From a virus (taxonomy: Duplodnaviria; Caudoviricetes): DNA of 46,021 nucleotides. Made by a program: the position numbers and the translations under genes. The notes under the pieces were generated by a model that was given only the letters and a program-made list of their open reading frames with translations, was not told the DNA's origin and searched no databases. The stretch covers positions 1-46,021 of the IMG/VR virus record IMGVR_UViG_3300033475_000050. One strand, given 5' to 3'. How positions within the stretch are numbered: the first letter of the stretch is position 1; each line of letters begins with the position of its first letter. This document shows, in pieces, positions 18,408-26,813 of the stretch.

Positions 18408-19306
18408 CGTTGGCCGAGCTATTCCGGCACGACTATCTTTCTCCGGCACTCGACTGGTTACAGAAATCGGAGTTTTGGGCGGGAGACGAGGTGGTTGTGC
18501 GCCGCAGCGTCTATGTATGTGTTCAGGCGGGCGGATTTACCGACGCGATCTTCGTAAAGGAATGTGACAAGGCTGTTCCGATGTCCCACGACATTTCCAG
18601 CGCCGACCCGAGCACAGCGAAGTGCCCGCATTGTGGTCTATCTCACGACACCACATGCCCGAGGATTCGCGCCATCGAGTACTACCCCGACGGCACCACC
18701 AAGCGGGTCGAATTCCACGGCGCGGCACCAATAGCGGCGCCCAGCCCGGGAGACATGACGGTCACATGCGGCTTTGCTGGCTACAGCCCCGATGGTCTTC
18801 AGACCTATGTCGGCGGCTACATGCCCGACGCGGAGGAATTCAAGCGCCGCCACGGCCAAAGGCCCCAAGTACGGACTTCGTTAGTACGCTTACCCAGCAG
18901 ACAGAAGATAGAAGCCAGACAGGAGACAGCAGATATGTTCACCCTCAAGGTATTACGGGACCACCCCATGGGCGGCCAGACCAAGATCGTCGAAGCCGAG
19001 AGTTTCACGATCAACAAGTGCTATGGCGGAGCCATTGTCGAGATCACCGCGCACCGCCCCCTCGGGCAGGAAGATATCCGGTTCGACATTGGCCAGCTTG
19101 TCAGCATTCCCAGCGACTCGCTTGGCGCCCACAACGAATTGTGGGACCGCGCGATCATCGAGAACAGCGCCGGGAAGACCAGCGAGATCTTCCACCCCCT
19201 GCCGCGCCATCCCGAGCGCAGCCGGTATGAGGAAGAGGTGTCGGTGCACGTCCACAAAGGACCGCCTGAGATCATGGATCCGCGCGGCCGGGGCAGCGCC
19301 AACTAG
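18395..19306 (+). CDS. Hypothetical protein, probably several fused small genes
   Basis: 303-aa ORF with a CPHC...H...CP module and an internal AGGAG-ATG near 18934. Confidence 0.5.
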   Translation: MDRITLAELFRHDYLSPALDWLQKSEFWAGDEVVVRRSVYVCVQAGGFTDAIFVKECDKAVPMSHDISSADPSTAKCPHCGLSHDTTCPRIRAIEYYPDGTTKRVEFHGAAPIAAPSPGDMTVTCGFAGYSPDGLQTYVGGYMPDAEEFKRRHGQRPQVRTSLVRLPSRQKIEARQETADMFTLKVLRDHPMGGQTKIVEAESFTINKCYGGAIVEITAHRPLGQEDIRFDIGQLVSIPSDSLGAHNELWDRAIIENSAGKTSEIFHPLPRHPERSRYEEEVSVHVHKGPPEIMDPRGRGSAN

Positions 19307-19337
19307 ACAACGAATCAGCACCGCAATGCTGGCAGAA

Positions 19338-19416
19338 GTACCCGGGTAGAGGGTATGGGACTCCCTCTCGCGCACATGTGGTCTCCCCCGCAACGTGCTG
19401 TCCTCTATCCGGGTAC
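19338..19416. repeat. 15-bp inverted repeat upstream of the putative terminase small subunit
   Basis: GTACCCGGGTAGAGG (19338-19352) and CCTCTATCCGGGTAC (19402-19416), one G-T position. Confidence 0.8.
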
Positions 19417-19454
19417 GCTTTCTCGGTACGTCAATAGCTTAGAGAGCAGAAATT

Positions 19455-19952
19455 ATGCCCCCACTCCCCGCAACTGTACCGGCGCAGCAGAACGGCAAAC
19501 GGCCGGTGGGCCGACCCAAGCATACGGGGCCGGTCGGATACACGAATCGACTCAGCCGTGGTATCAGCAACGAGATCATTCGGTCTGGTAACCACCCCGT
19601 CGCGGTCATGCTCGACAACATGACCTTTTGGCACGAGCGCGCCGACGAGATACGCGCTGTTGTTGAGGACATGCTGAAGCGCCCGCGCAGCCTCAAGGAG
19701 CGCGACCGGCTTGTAGCCTTGCTGGAGCTTTACGGCCCGGCCCGGCACAACGCGCAGCGCTGCGCAAAGGATCTTGCGCCCTACATTCACCCGCGCCTCG
19801 CCAATGTCGAGGTTGTCCAAGACGCCGACAACGGCCCGCTGGGCGACCTCCCCGACGATGTACTCTCGGAGATCGCGGTGATGGGTCTGGCGCTGAAGGA
19901 GCGGCGCAAGGCGATGGCGGTCAAGGCCCGCGAAGGTGTCGACGAGGAATAG
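19455..19952 (+). CDS. Putative terminase small subunit
   Basis: N-terminal GRPK, AKDLAPYIHPRLANVEV motif, position upstream of TerL. Confidence 0.6.
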   Translation: MPPLPATVPAQQNGKRPVGRPKHTGPVGYTNRLSRGISNEIIRSGNHPVAVMLDNMTFWHERADEIRAVVEDMLKRPRSLKERDRLVALLELYGPARHNAQRCAKDLAPYIHPRLANVEVVQDADNGPLGDLPDDVLSEIAVMGLALKERRKAMAVKAREGVDEE

Positions 19953-19960
19953 GGGCGCTA

Positions 19961-20278
19961 ATGGTCACTCCCCGACAACAGGACAACATCGGCATCAACG
20001 GTGCCGCGCGCGTTGTCTTCAGCACCGACGCCGATGAAATGTCGGCCTTCGATGCGCTACCGCAGCCAATCCGCGCGGTGCTGTCATCCTCGCCGATCAA
20101 GTTGTCGGCGGTGGAAGCGATGACGGCGCTGCGCCAGACCGGGATGATCGCTACGCTCCGCCTGATACAGGAGAGCGTGTGCGTCATTGTCGCCGAGCTT
20201 CAGGCGCAAGAGGCGCGCGAGCTACAACAGATGCAGTGGCGCATGCTGGCCCGGAGCCGGGGCAGGAGGGCGGCGTGA
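19961..20278 (+). CDS. Hypothetical protein (DUF6525-like)
   Basis: MSAFDALPQPIRAVL motif. Confidence 0.5.
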   Translation: MVTPRQQDNIGINGAARVVFSTDADEMSAFDALPQPIRAVLSSSPIKLSAVEAMTALRQTGMIATLRLIQESVCVIVAELQAQEARELQQMQWRMLARSRGRRAA

Positions 20279-20490
20279 TCTTTCAACATTTTGTCGCGCG
20301 CTGGGGCGCTGACGTTGGAGAAAAGGTGCGCGCGGCTGCGACCCGTATCCATACCGGGCGGGGCAACCCGCTGGATATGGAAGAGCGCCTAGCGGCTGCT
20401 TTGGGAGAACAGTGCCTACCGTTGTGCTACCGCCTTTCAGTCGAGCAAGCGAGCCCGGCTACGCACCACCCGCTGATCGAGAAGCTTTAG
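20275..20490 (+). CDS. Hypothetical protein
   Basis: GTGA-coupled start after AGGAGG. Confidence 0.5.
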   Translation: MIFQHFVARWGADVGEKVRAAATRIHTGRGNPLDMEERLAAALGEQCLPLCYRLSVEQASPATHHPLIEKL

Positions 20491-20630
20491 CACAACAAGT
20501 ACGGGTGCCTCACGGGGGCGTGGGGAGGCACGGCCGCCAGCACATAGACGGGCCGCTTACTCGTAGGCAGCGATGTGCTGGAGCACGGTACGGAGGGACG
20601 GCCCCCATTCTTTGTTCTTAGAGGTGATGC

Positions 20631-22112
20631 ATGCCGCGCCTACATCTAGCGCAGGCGACGGCGCCCAAGAAGTTGTCGCAGGAAGAACTGGAGCGCTCGG
20701 CTCTCGCCGCGCAGGAGCTTCTGCGGCGCCGGGCGGCCCGCCAGCGCACCATCGACTTCGTGCAGTACGTAAAGCCGAAGTATCGCCCCGGCGCTCCGCA
20801 CTATCAGATCGCGGACGCGCTCGACGAGGTACTCAGGGGCGAGAACGACCGGCTTATGATATTCGCCGCCCCGCGTCATGGTAAGAGCGAGCTTGGTACG
20901 CGAACCTTCCCGGCGCTGTACCTCGGCACCTATCCTGACCGCGAGGTCATGACCGCCAGCTTCGACAGCCCGCTGGCGGAAGAATTCGGCCGCGATGTCC
21001 GCAACATTGTAGCCAGCAACCGTTATCACGTGCTTTTTCCGCGCGTGAGCCTTGCGGCCGATAGTCAAGCCAAGGGGCGGTGGAAGACCAACGAGGAAGG
21101 TGGTTTCCTTTCGGCTGGCATTGGCGACAGCGCGGGCGGCGGCTCGGGCATGACCGGTCGCGGCGCCCACCTCTTGTGTATTGACGATCCCTTCAAGGAC
21201 CGCAGCAGTGCCGAGAGCGAAGCGCGCCGCAAACACGTCAAGGACTGGTATACGAGCACCGCGTATACCCGCCTCGCGCCGGGCGGCGCTATTGTCATTA
21301 TCAACACGCGGTGGCACCAAGACGACTTGTGTGGTTGGCTTTTAGAGGAAGCCAAGAAGGGCGGCGACCAGTGGAAGGTGGTCAGCCTTAGCTGCGCGGA
21401 CGAGGAGACAGGTCAGCCGATCAGCGTATGGCCCGAGCGCTACCCGGTACAAGCCTTGCGCCGTATCATGATGGCGATGGGTGGCCCGGACTCGCGCGAC
21501 TGGGTCTCGCTGTATGGACAGCGCCCTTCCAACAAGAAGGGCACGATGTTCAAGGTGCCGATGATTATGGTACTCCCGGCCGCTCCGGCGGACGGCGACA
21601 CCGTGCGCGCGTGGGACCTTGCGGCAACCGAAGACCTCGGCACCAACGACCCGTCATGGACGGTCGGCGTGCGGATGACCAAGCTCCGCAACAACCGCTA
21701 TGTAATCGAGGACGTTGTGCGCTTTCGCGGCGGGCCTGAGGAGGTCGAAGCCTCGATCATCCGCACCGCCCAGCAGGATGGGTATGACGTCCGTATCGGA
21801 CTCCCGCAGGACCCCGGTCAGGCGGGCAAGAGCCAAGCCCAGAACTTCGTGGCCAAGCTTGCTGGCTACAAGGTCGAGGCGACGCCGGAGAGCGGCGACA
21901 AGCTGACGCGCGCCAGCCCCTACGCGGCGCAGGTGAATGTCGGCAACGTAGCCCTTGTAGAGGGTTCTTGGAACAAGGCGTACCTTGAGGAGCTAGCGGG
22001 CGTGCCTTCGATCAAGCACATGGACCAGATGGACGCCTCCTCGCGGGCCTTCTCCATGCTGGTGGGCAACAGCACGCTGGCGATCTGGGAAAAGCTAGGG
22101 GAGATGGCATGA
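20631..22112 (+). CDS. terL: Terminase large subunit
   Basis: Walker A APRHGKSE, TGRGAH, Walker B LCIDDP, TRWHQDD, nuclease WDLA and DQMDA. Confidence 0.95.
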   Translation: MPRLHLAQATAPKKLSQEELERSALAAQELLRRRAARQRTIDFVQYVKPKYRPGAPHYQIADALDEVLRGENDRLMIFAAPRHGKSELGTRTFPALYLGTYPDREVMTASFDSPLAEEFGRDVRNIVASNRYHVLFPRVSLAADSQAKGRWKTNEEGGFLSAGIGDSAGGGSGMTGRGAHLLCIDDPFKDRSSAESEARRKHVKDWYTSTAYTRLAPGGAIVIINTRWHQDDLCGWLLEEAKKGGDQWKVVSLSCADEETGQPISVWPERYPVQALRRIMMAMGGPDSRDWVSLYGQRPSNKKGTMFKVPMIMVLPAAPADGDTVRAWDLAATEDLGTNDPSWTVGVRMTKLRNNRYVIEDVVRFRGGPEEVEASIIRTAQQDGYDVRIGLPQDPGQAGKSQAQNFVAKLAGYKVEATPESGDKLTRASPYAAQVNVGNVALVEGSWNKAYLEELAGVPSIKHMDQMDASSRAFSMLVGNSTLAIWEKLGEMA

Positions 22113-22414
22113 CTTCGATCAATACACCGTGCCCGGTTGAGCCTTTCGGTCTGTGCTCCTCGCCGGAGTGCATTGCTGGCGGGTGCCACAAGTGGTCCGC
22201 GTCCAACCCGGTTCAGCGAACGCGGGCGAGCCCCTCGCTTTGGTACAAGGCGTACATTGTGGCGCTCAGGAAGGTGCAGAGCTTCTTCGGCATTCGGCCG
22301 CCATGGGCGCAGCACAACCCGGACTACCTCGAACGGCTCCACGGGCGCCGGGGGTTCTGGTGCGGGGTGCTCACGTCGGCCGCACTCTGCGCCGCGTATT
22401 GGGTGCTCCGGTGA
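22109..22414 (+). CDS. Hypothetical protein with C-terminal TM helix
   Basis: ATGA-coupled to terL; hydrophobic C-terminus. Confidence 0.55.
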   Translation: MTSINTPCPVEPFGLCSSPECIAGGCHKWSASNPVQRTRASPSLWYKAYIVALRKVQSFFGIRPPWAQHNPDYLERLHGRRGFWCGVLTSAALCAAYWVLR

Positions 22415-22585
22415 GGGCGGCGGTTCTTGCGGTGCTCGCGGTTTGGGTGTTGTTTTCTCTGACGGCATTCGGCGTTGTGGTCGCTCGGGCGATCTTCGGT
22501 TGATGGGGCTGACGATGACAACGGCAGTTATTGTATGCGTGGCGGTTGGCGCGCTCATTGTTGTCGTAGCTTTCGTGCACCACTA

Positions 22586-22984
22586 ATGCCCCGCGTCCTC
22601 CGACATGTGCCCCAGCGCGGCAAGAACGACTGTGGTGTAGCATGCGTCGCCATTCTCGCGGGCTGTTCCTACGACAAGGCGCTCGCGGCCTTCGGACCGA
22701 TCAGCCTTGTTAAGAACGGCACCACGACGCGGCAAGTCGCTGCGGCGCTTCGGCGACTTGGGCTTGACGCCGAGGATCGGTTGCGCCCCATGCCGCGCGA
22801 CTGGGGTCCGCTCTTCGCCGGGCGCACTCTTGTAAAGGTCGAGCTATACCCGACATCGACCCGGCGCTGGCACTGGTCCGTCATAGGGCTGTGCGACGGG
22901 CGCAGCGTTTTCTTCGATCCGCTGTACGCCGAGCCGCAAAGCGGCCTCATGGGACGCATTACCAGCTACCTAAAGGTCCGCTGA
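22586..22984 (+). CDS. Peptidase C39-like protein
   Basis: VPQRGKNDCGVAC...HWSVI...FFDP (Q-C-H-D); start reassigned to ATG 22586. Confidence 0.8.
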   Translation: MPRVLRHVPQRGKNDCGVACVAILAGCSYDKALAAFGPISLVKNGTTTRQVAAALRRLGLDAEDRLRPMPRDWGPLFAGRTLVKVELYPTSTRRWHWSVIGLCDGRSVFFDPLYAEPQSGLMGRITSYLKVR

Positions 22985-23685
22985 TGCCCCGCGTACAATT
23001 CACCAGCCCGAGCAAGGACTACCATGTGCGCGCCGCTGTAGTGCGCCGGCTCCTCGATGAGGGCGTGTCGCGCGGCAGCATTCGGCACGAACTGACCCTC
23101 GATACCGCGAGCAGCGGCGGTCGGGTCGACATGGCGCTCCTCCTCGACCGGATCATCGGCATCGAGCTAAAGAGCGCGTCCGATACGTTGCATCGCCTAC
23201 AGGAACAGATCCGCGCGATGCGGCTCGCCTTCGACGGGGTTTGGGCTGTAGCCGACATCTGGCATGAGAAGTCGTTTGACAAGGCGCACTTCGCGCACGC
23301 GCACCGCTTGCTCTTCGACCGCACGGTCGACGGTATGCTGTCCGAAGCTTACGGCTATCCGCTCCGCCAACTGGTGCCGAGCTTCGCCAGTACGTGGGGC
23401 TGGGGCGGCTCGCGCGAGACCTCGCTGTACCACATGGCGTCGCTCCTCTGGCGCACCGAGGCGTGCGCCATTGCTGAACAGCTATTCGGCCGGAAGTTCC
23501 GCACCCGGGAGGCCGCACTGGGCGAAATCCGCGAGGCAGGAAGCTTGAAGGCGCTCCGGCCGCTCCTGCTGGCCCAGCTTCGCAATCGCCCACCCTCGCG
23601 CTGGGAAACGGCGTTCTGGGCGCGCTTCGACAGCGCCCCGGGTATGGACGGAGCAGAGCCGGGGCTAGGGGAGCAAAAGCTGTGA
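22984..23685 (+). CDS. sce7726-like PD-(D/E)XK nuclease-fold protein
   Basis: HEL...GRVDMA...GIELKSASDTLHRLQEQ; TGATG-coupled. Confidence 0.72.
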   Translation: MPRVQFTSPSKDYHVRAAVVRRLLDEGVSRGSIRHELTLDTASSGGRVDMALLLDRIIGIELKSASDTLHRLQEQIRAMRLAFDGVWAVADIWHEKSFDKAHFAHAHRLLFDRTVDGMLSEAYGYPLRQLVPSFASTWGWGGSRETSLYHMASLLWRTEACAIAEQLFGRKFRTREAALGEIREAGSLKALRPLLLAQLRNRPPSRWETAFWARFDSAPGMDGAEPGLGEQKL

Positions 23686-24191
23686 CGAAGATCGGGTATC
23701 GAACGAACATCACGATCGGCCAATTCGATTGGAATCGTCGTGACGGGGAAGCGCGCGATGTATTCCAAGAAACCAATCAGCGGTCTAAGCTGATCTTCCA
23801 CGCGATCGCTGGCTATTACGCCAAGATGCACAACGACTGCGAGCCGGTGCATCAGACCATCTGGTTCTTGCTGGGCGAAATGATCAACGAGAACCGGTCG
23901 CTTCGCGACGTCAAGCAGGCGCTCGGGCTGATGACCCACTACTCGCGTATCGAGCTTCCCTACATGGGCGGGGTACTCCCGACCATGATCACGCTCATCA
24001 AGAAGGGCGAGCGGCGCAAGGCGCGCGACCTTCTCGCGAAGATGGGTGGTGGTCGGATTCTCGCCATGCAGGAGGCCAAGCGTCAGCGCACCGAGGAAAT
24101 GGCGCGGGCCTTCGAATCGCTGGGCGCGTTCGAGGAGGCCCGGCTGCTGCGGGGCGACCAGCCGCCCCAGTCGAAGCCGACGGTGCACTGA
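23682..24191 (+). CDS. Hypothetical protein
   Basis: Coupled at both ends; GGAG RBS. Confidence 0.6.
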   Translation: MTKIGYRTNITIGQFDWNRRDGEARDVFQETNQRSKLIFHAIAGYYAKMHNDCEPVHQTIWFLLGEMINENRSLRDVKQALGLMTHYSRIELPYMGGVLPTMITLIKKGERRKARDLLAKMGGGRILAMQEAKRQRTEEMARAFESLGAFEEARLLRGDQPPQSKPTVH

Positions 24192-24631
24192 TGGAAACGG
24201 TCACGCAACGGCACAACCACGATTGCTTCTTGTGCTGTCTGGCGATGGCGCTGGAGCTACCGTACGAGGAGATCGTGCGGCGCCTTCCGGCCGACCGCGC
24301 CGCCCGCATGCAGCAAACCGGCGCCGACAGCGCCGACATGCGTGAGGTGCCGGAGCTACTCGGCTTCAAGCTCGGCTATTCCGCGTGCTGGCTCCTGATC
24401 GCGGGTCGCACGGTGGAGCAGCGCGACGCCAAGGTGCGGGCCTACAAGGCGACCCTCTGGGGGCGCCGCGCTATTGTTCAGGTTGAAAGCATCAACTACC
24501 CCGGCGACGCACATTTGGTATTCTGGGACGGGCACGAGTTGCACGACCCCACGACCAAGAAGGCGTATGTCTGGGAGGACGTCGTGCCGCAACATGTGTG
24601 GCTCGTCGATGAGCGGCCCGCGCGGGCCTAG
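24191..24631 (+). CDS. Second peptidase C39-like protein
   Basis: VTQRHNHDCFLCCLAM...HLVFWDG...LHDP. Confidence 0.7.
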   Translation: METVTQRHNHDCFLCCLAMALELPYEEIVRRLPADRAARMQQTGADSADMREVPELLGFKLGYSACWLLIAGRTVEQRDAKVRAYKATLWGRRAIVQVESINYPGDAHLVFWDGHELHDPTTKKAYVWEDVVPQHVWLVDERPARA

Positions 24632-24643
24632 AGGGGACGACCG

Positions 24644-24820
24644 ATGGGGATCGGGGAAATCATTGCGTGGATCGCCTTCGCCTATCTGACGACGACGGCG
24701 ATCTTTCTCGGAGCGCTGGCGCTGTACTGCCGCTACTCTGAGGACAAGCTGGATTGGAAGCTGGTGATCGTCGCGCTGGAATGGCCGCTGCTGATTACCA
24801 TTCTCTGGGAGAAGGACTAG
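24644..24820 (+). CDS. Small membrane protein (58 aa)
   Basis: Own translation MGIGEIIAWIAFAYLTTTAIFLGALALYCRYSEDKLDWKLVIVALEWPLLITILWEKD; GAGG RBS. Confidence 0.55.
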   Translation: MGIGEIIAWIAFAYLTTTAIFLGALALYCRYSEDKLDWKLVIVALEWPLLITILWEKD

Positions 24821-25401
24821 TGCCCGCGCTCTCGCGACGCTCCTTCCTCGGCGCCATGCTCGCCGCCAGCGCTGGCCCGGCCATTGTACGCGCCGCCTCG
24901 CTGATGCCGATACAGCCGGTGCTGGAAACCTTCACGCTGAGCGCTCAGTTGGTATCACCGCTCCCCGGCATGTCGGTGCTGGAAGCCTTGCGGCACCAGA
25001 TGGACGAAGCGCTGGCGCGCGTAGGCGCCATGGTACAGGAGCCGGTCATCAATGTGCAGTCGGTCTATAACGCCAACAAGCGCGTTGTAGAACTCATGGT
25101 GCGGATGGAGCCCTACTTTCTTCCGCCCACCACTGGCATGACGGTCGAGCCCGGCGTCCTGAACAAGCTGGAACAGGACGCGGTCGACTACATAGAGCGC
25201 GAGGCGCTGCGTACATTTGAACGAGCTTGTGGGGCAGGTCGCGGGTTCGAATCCCGTCCGCTGGAAAAACCGGCGGTGGCGCAGCTAGGCAGCGCAGCCC
25301 AGTGGGGAGGTGCGGGTTCGACCCCCGCCACCGAGCGTAGCCGTGAGGCGGGACTGCCCGCTGTAGCACAATTGGTAGTGCGCCCCGACCCTTTGTCCTA
25401 A
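24820..25401 (+). CDS. Hypothetical protein with twin-arginine-like N-terminus
   Basis: GTG 24820 gives MPALSRRSFLGAMLAASAGPAIVRAASLMP; the 3' end runs through the tRNA-like modules. Confidence 0.6.
   Translation: MPALSRRSFLGAMLAASAGPAIVRAASLMPIQPVLETFTLSAQLVSPLPGMSVLEALRHQMDEALARVGAMVQEPVINVQSVYNANKRVVELMVRMEPYFLPPTTGMTVEPGVLNKLEQDAVDYIEREALRTFERACGAGRGFESRPLEKPAVAQLGSAAQWGGAGSTPATERSREAGLPAVAQLVVRPDPLS
25231..25387 (+). ncRNA. Two tandem circularly permuted tRNA-like modules (Y RNA/YrlA-like topology)
   Basis: Each unit reads T-arm (GCGGG-TTCGA..-CCCG[T/C]), then a loop-closed acceptor stem, then a D-arm (GCGC/GCGC; GCAC/GTGC). No anticodon loop and no CCA. Confidence 0.7.
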
Positions 25402-25411
25402 GAGACGCGAC

Positions 25412-25960
25412 ATGGCCACGAACACCCCGCGCACCAAAGAGGATATGGAGCGCGCCAAGAACCTGTACGAGAAGTTGATCGATCCGCTGACAGCATGTGC
25501 CCGGGCTCATGGCTACGCGCTCGCGACGCACGGCTCGCTGGCGCGGGACATCGACCTCATAGCGGTGCCTTGGCGAAGCTGGGCGTGCGCCCCGAAGGAG
25601 CTAGTGGTCGCCATACAGGCGACGATCAAGCGCGTTCATGGTATCGCGCTCCTCGCTGATGTGCTGGGCGCGGCCAATCCCGGCTACTTCTACGAGGGCT
25701 CACCGTTCCACGCGCACGGCCGGTTGTGCTGGGCCTTCCACCTTGGAGGCGGCCCCTACATTGATCTCTCGGTCATGCCGCCGACCGGAGAATACACCAA
25801 AGAGGAATACGCCGCGCTGTGCGGAAAGCGCACCCTCCCCATGCTGGAGGAGGAAGCGGCCCGAGAAGCCCACGGTGAAAGCCCGTTAAGCGCCCCAAAC
25901 GAAGGGGCGGCCGAGGCGGAAGAATCGCAGCCGACCGGCGCGGGGCCTGAGAGCCCTTAG
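25412..25960 (+). CDS. Putative Pol-beta-superfamily nucleotidyltransferase-fold protein
   Basis: HGSLARDIDLIAVPW (GS...DxD) and YIDLSV (third Asp). Confidence 0.55.
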   Translation: MATNTPRTKEDMERAKNLYEKLIDPLTACARAHGYALATHGSLARDIDLIAVPWRSWACAPKELVVAIQATIKRVHGIALLADVLGAANPGYFYEGSPFHAHGRLCWAFHLGGGPYIDLSVMPPTGEYTKEEYAALCGKRTLPMLEEEAAREAHGESPLSAPNEGAAEAEESQPTGAGPESP

Positions 25961-26051
25961 CAAAGGCGGTGGCGCACGACATGCCCGATTCGTGCCGCTG
26001 GAGACAGCGCGAGGGCTCGGGCTCCACATGTAGCAATGGAGCTACCGAATC

Positions 26052-26288
26052 ATGATAAAAGCACGCATGTACTGTCAGGAAATTCTTGTCACGACGGGAC
26101 AGGAAAAGGTCGAGCTTCGCGCGGTCTACAGCAACAACCCGGAGTCGCCCAACCACAAGTGGGCGGTGGCCTCGCCGCAAGGCTCGCTGATGCTGGTTAT
26201 CGCCAACCCGGCGGCGCGCGGGCACTTCAAGCCGGGACAGGAGTACGAGATCACCATCGAAGAAGCTGTGCCCTTCCCGTCGGTGTAG
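26052..26288 (+). CDS. Small phage hypothetical protein
   Basis: GGAG RBS; NHKWAVASPQGSL...NPAA...FKPGQEY pattern. Confidence 0.65.
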   Translation: MIKARMYCQEILVTTGQEKVELRAVYSNNPESPNHKWAVASPQGSLMLVIANPAARGHFKPGQEYEITIEEAVPFPSV

Positions 26289-26290
26289 CC

Positions 26291-26653
26291 ATGGGGCAAC
26301 TGAGTCGGAAGCTCAGGACCATAGGCAAGGGTGGAAGCTTCGGCGGTGGGCTCGGTCATTGGTGCCCGGCGTGCGACTCCATGCACGCCTTCAGCACCAT
26401 CGAGCGGCAAACCAACGGCGCGTTCTGGACATGGAACGGCGACGTGCTGAAGCCGACCTTTTCGCCCAGCATGAATGTCAGCACCGAGCCGATCATCGAG
26501 AACGGTGTGATGCTGGTGCCCGCTTCGCGTTGCCACTACATTCTGACGGACGGGATTATCTCGTACCTGAACGATTGCACGCATCGCTGGCGCAACCTGT
26601 GTGTTGTGCTTCCAGACCTCCCCGATTGGCTCCGCGATCCGGAACCTGCCTGA
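26291..26653 (+). CDS. DUF6527-like Cys/His protein
   Basis: HWCPAC...H...WTWNGD...PTFSPS...CHYILTDG...DCTH. Confidence 0.7.
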   Translation: MGQLSRKLRTIGKGGSFGGGLGHWCPACDSMHAFSTIERQTNGAFWTWNGDVLKPTFSPSMNVSTEPIIENGVMLVPASRCHYILTDGIISYLNDCTHRWRNLCVVLPDLPDWLRDPEPA

Positions 26654-26813
26654 CGCGGGGGTATGACTTTTGTGGAGCGGCGCGAAACGAAGCGCCCGGC
26701 GCTTGGCCCCCAAGATGGCCCCCAGATTACCACCCCGGGGGTTACAAACTGGCCAGCGCTCCCGGCTCTCTTTCCGGGGCTCCCTTTCTATTCCGCCGAA
26801 AGGCGGTACGGAC

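Noticed and set aside
3167-22112. Inteins or introns in polymerase, RecA or terminase
   Set aside because: Proteins are of normal length with contiguous motifs and no splice-junction signatures.
25270-25339. Ordinary tRNA gene read in normal order (D arm 1 plus T arm 2)
   Set aside because: The anticodon arm would be only CCC-AGT-GGG, the acceptor strands CCGGCGG/CACCGAG pair poorly and there is no CCA. The permuted pairing is a full 7 bp.
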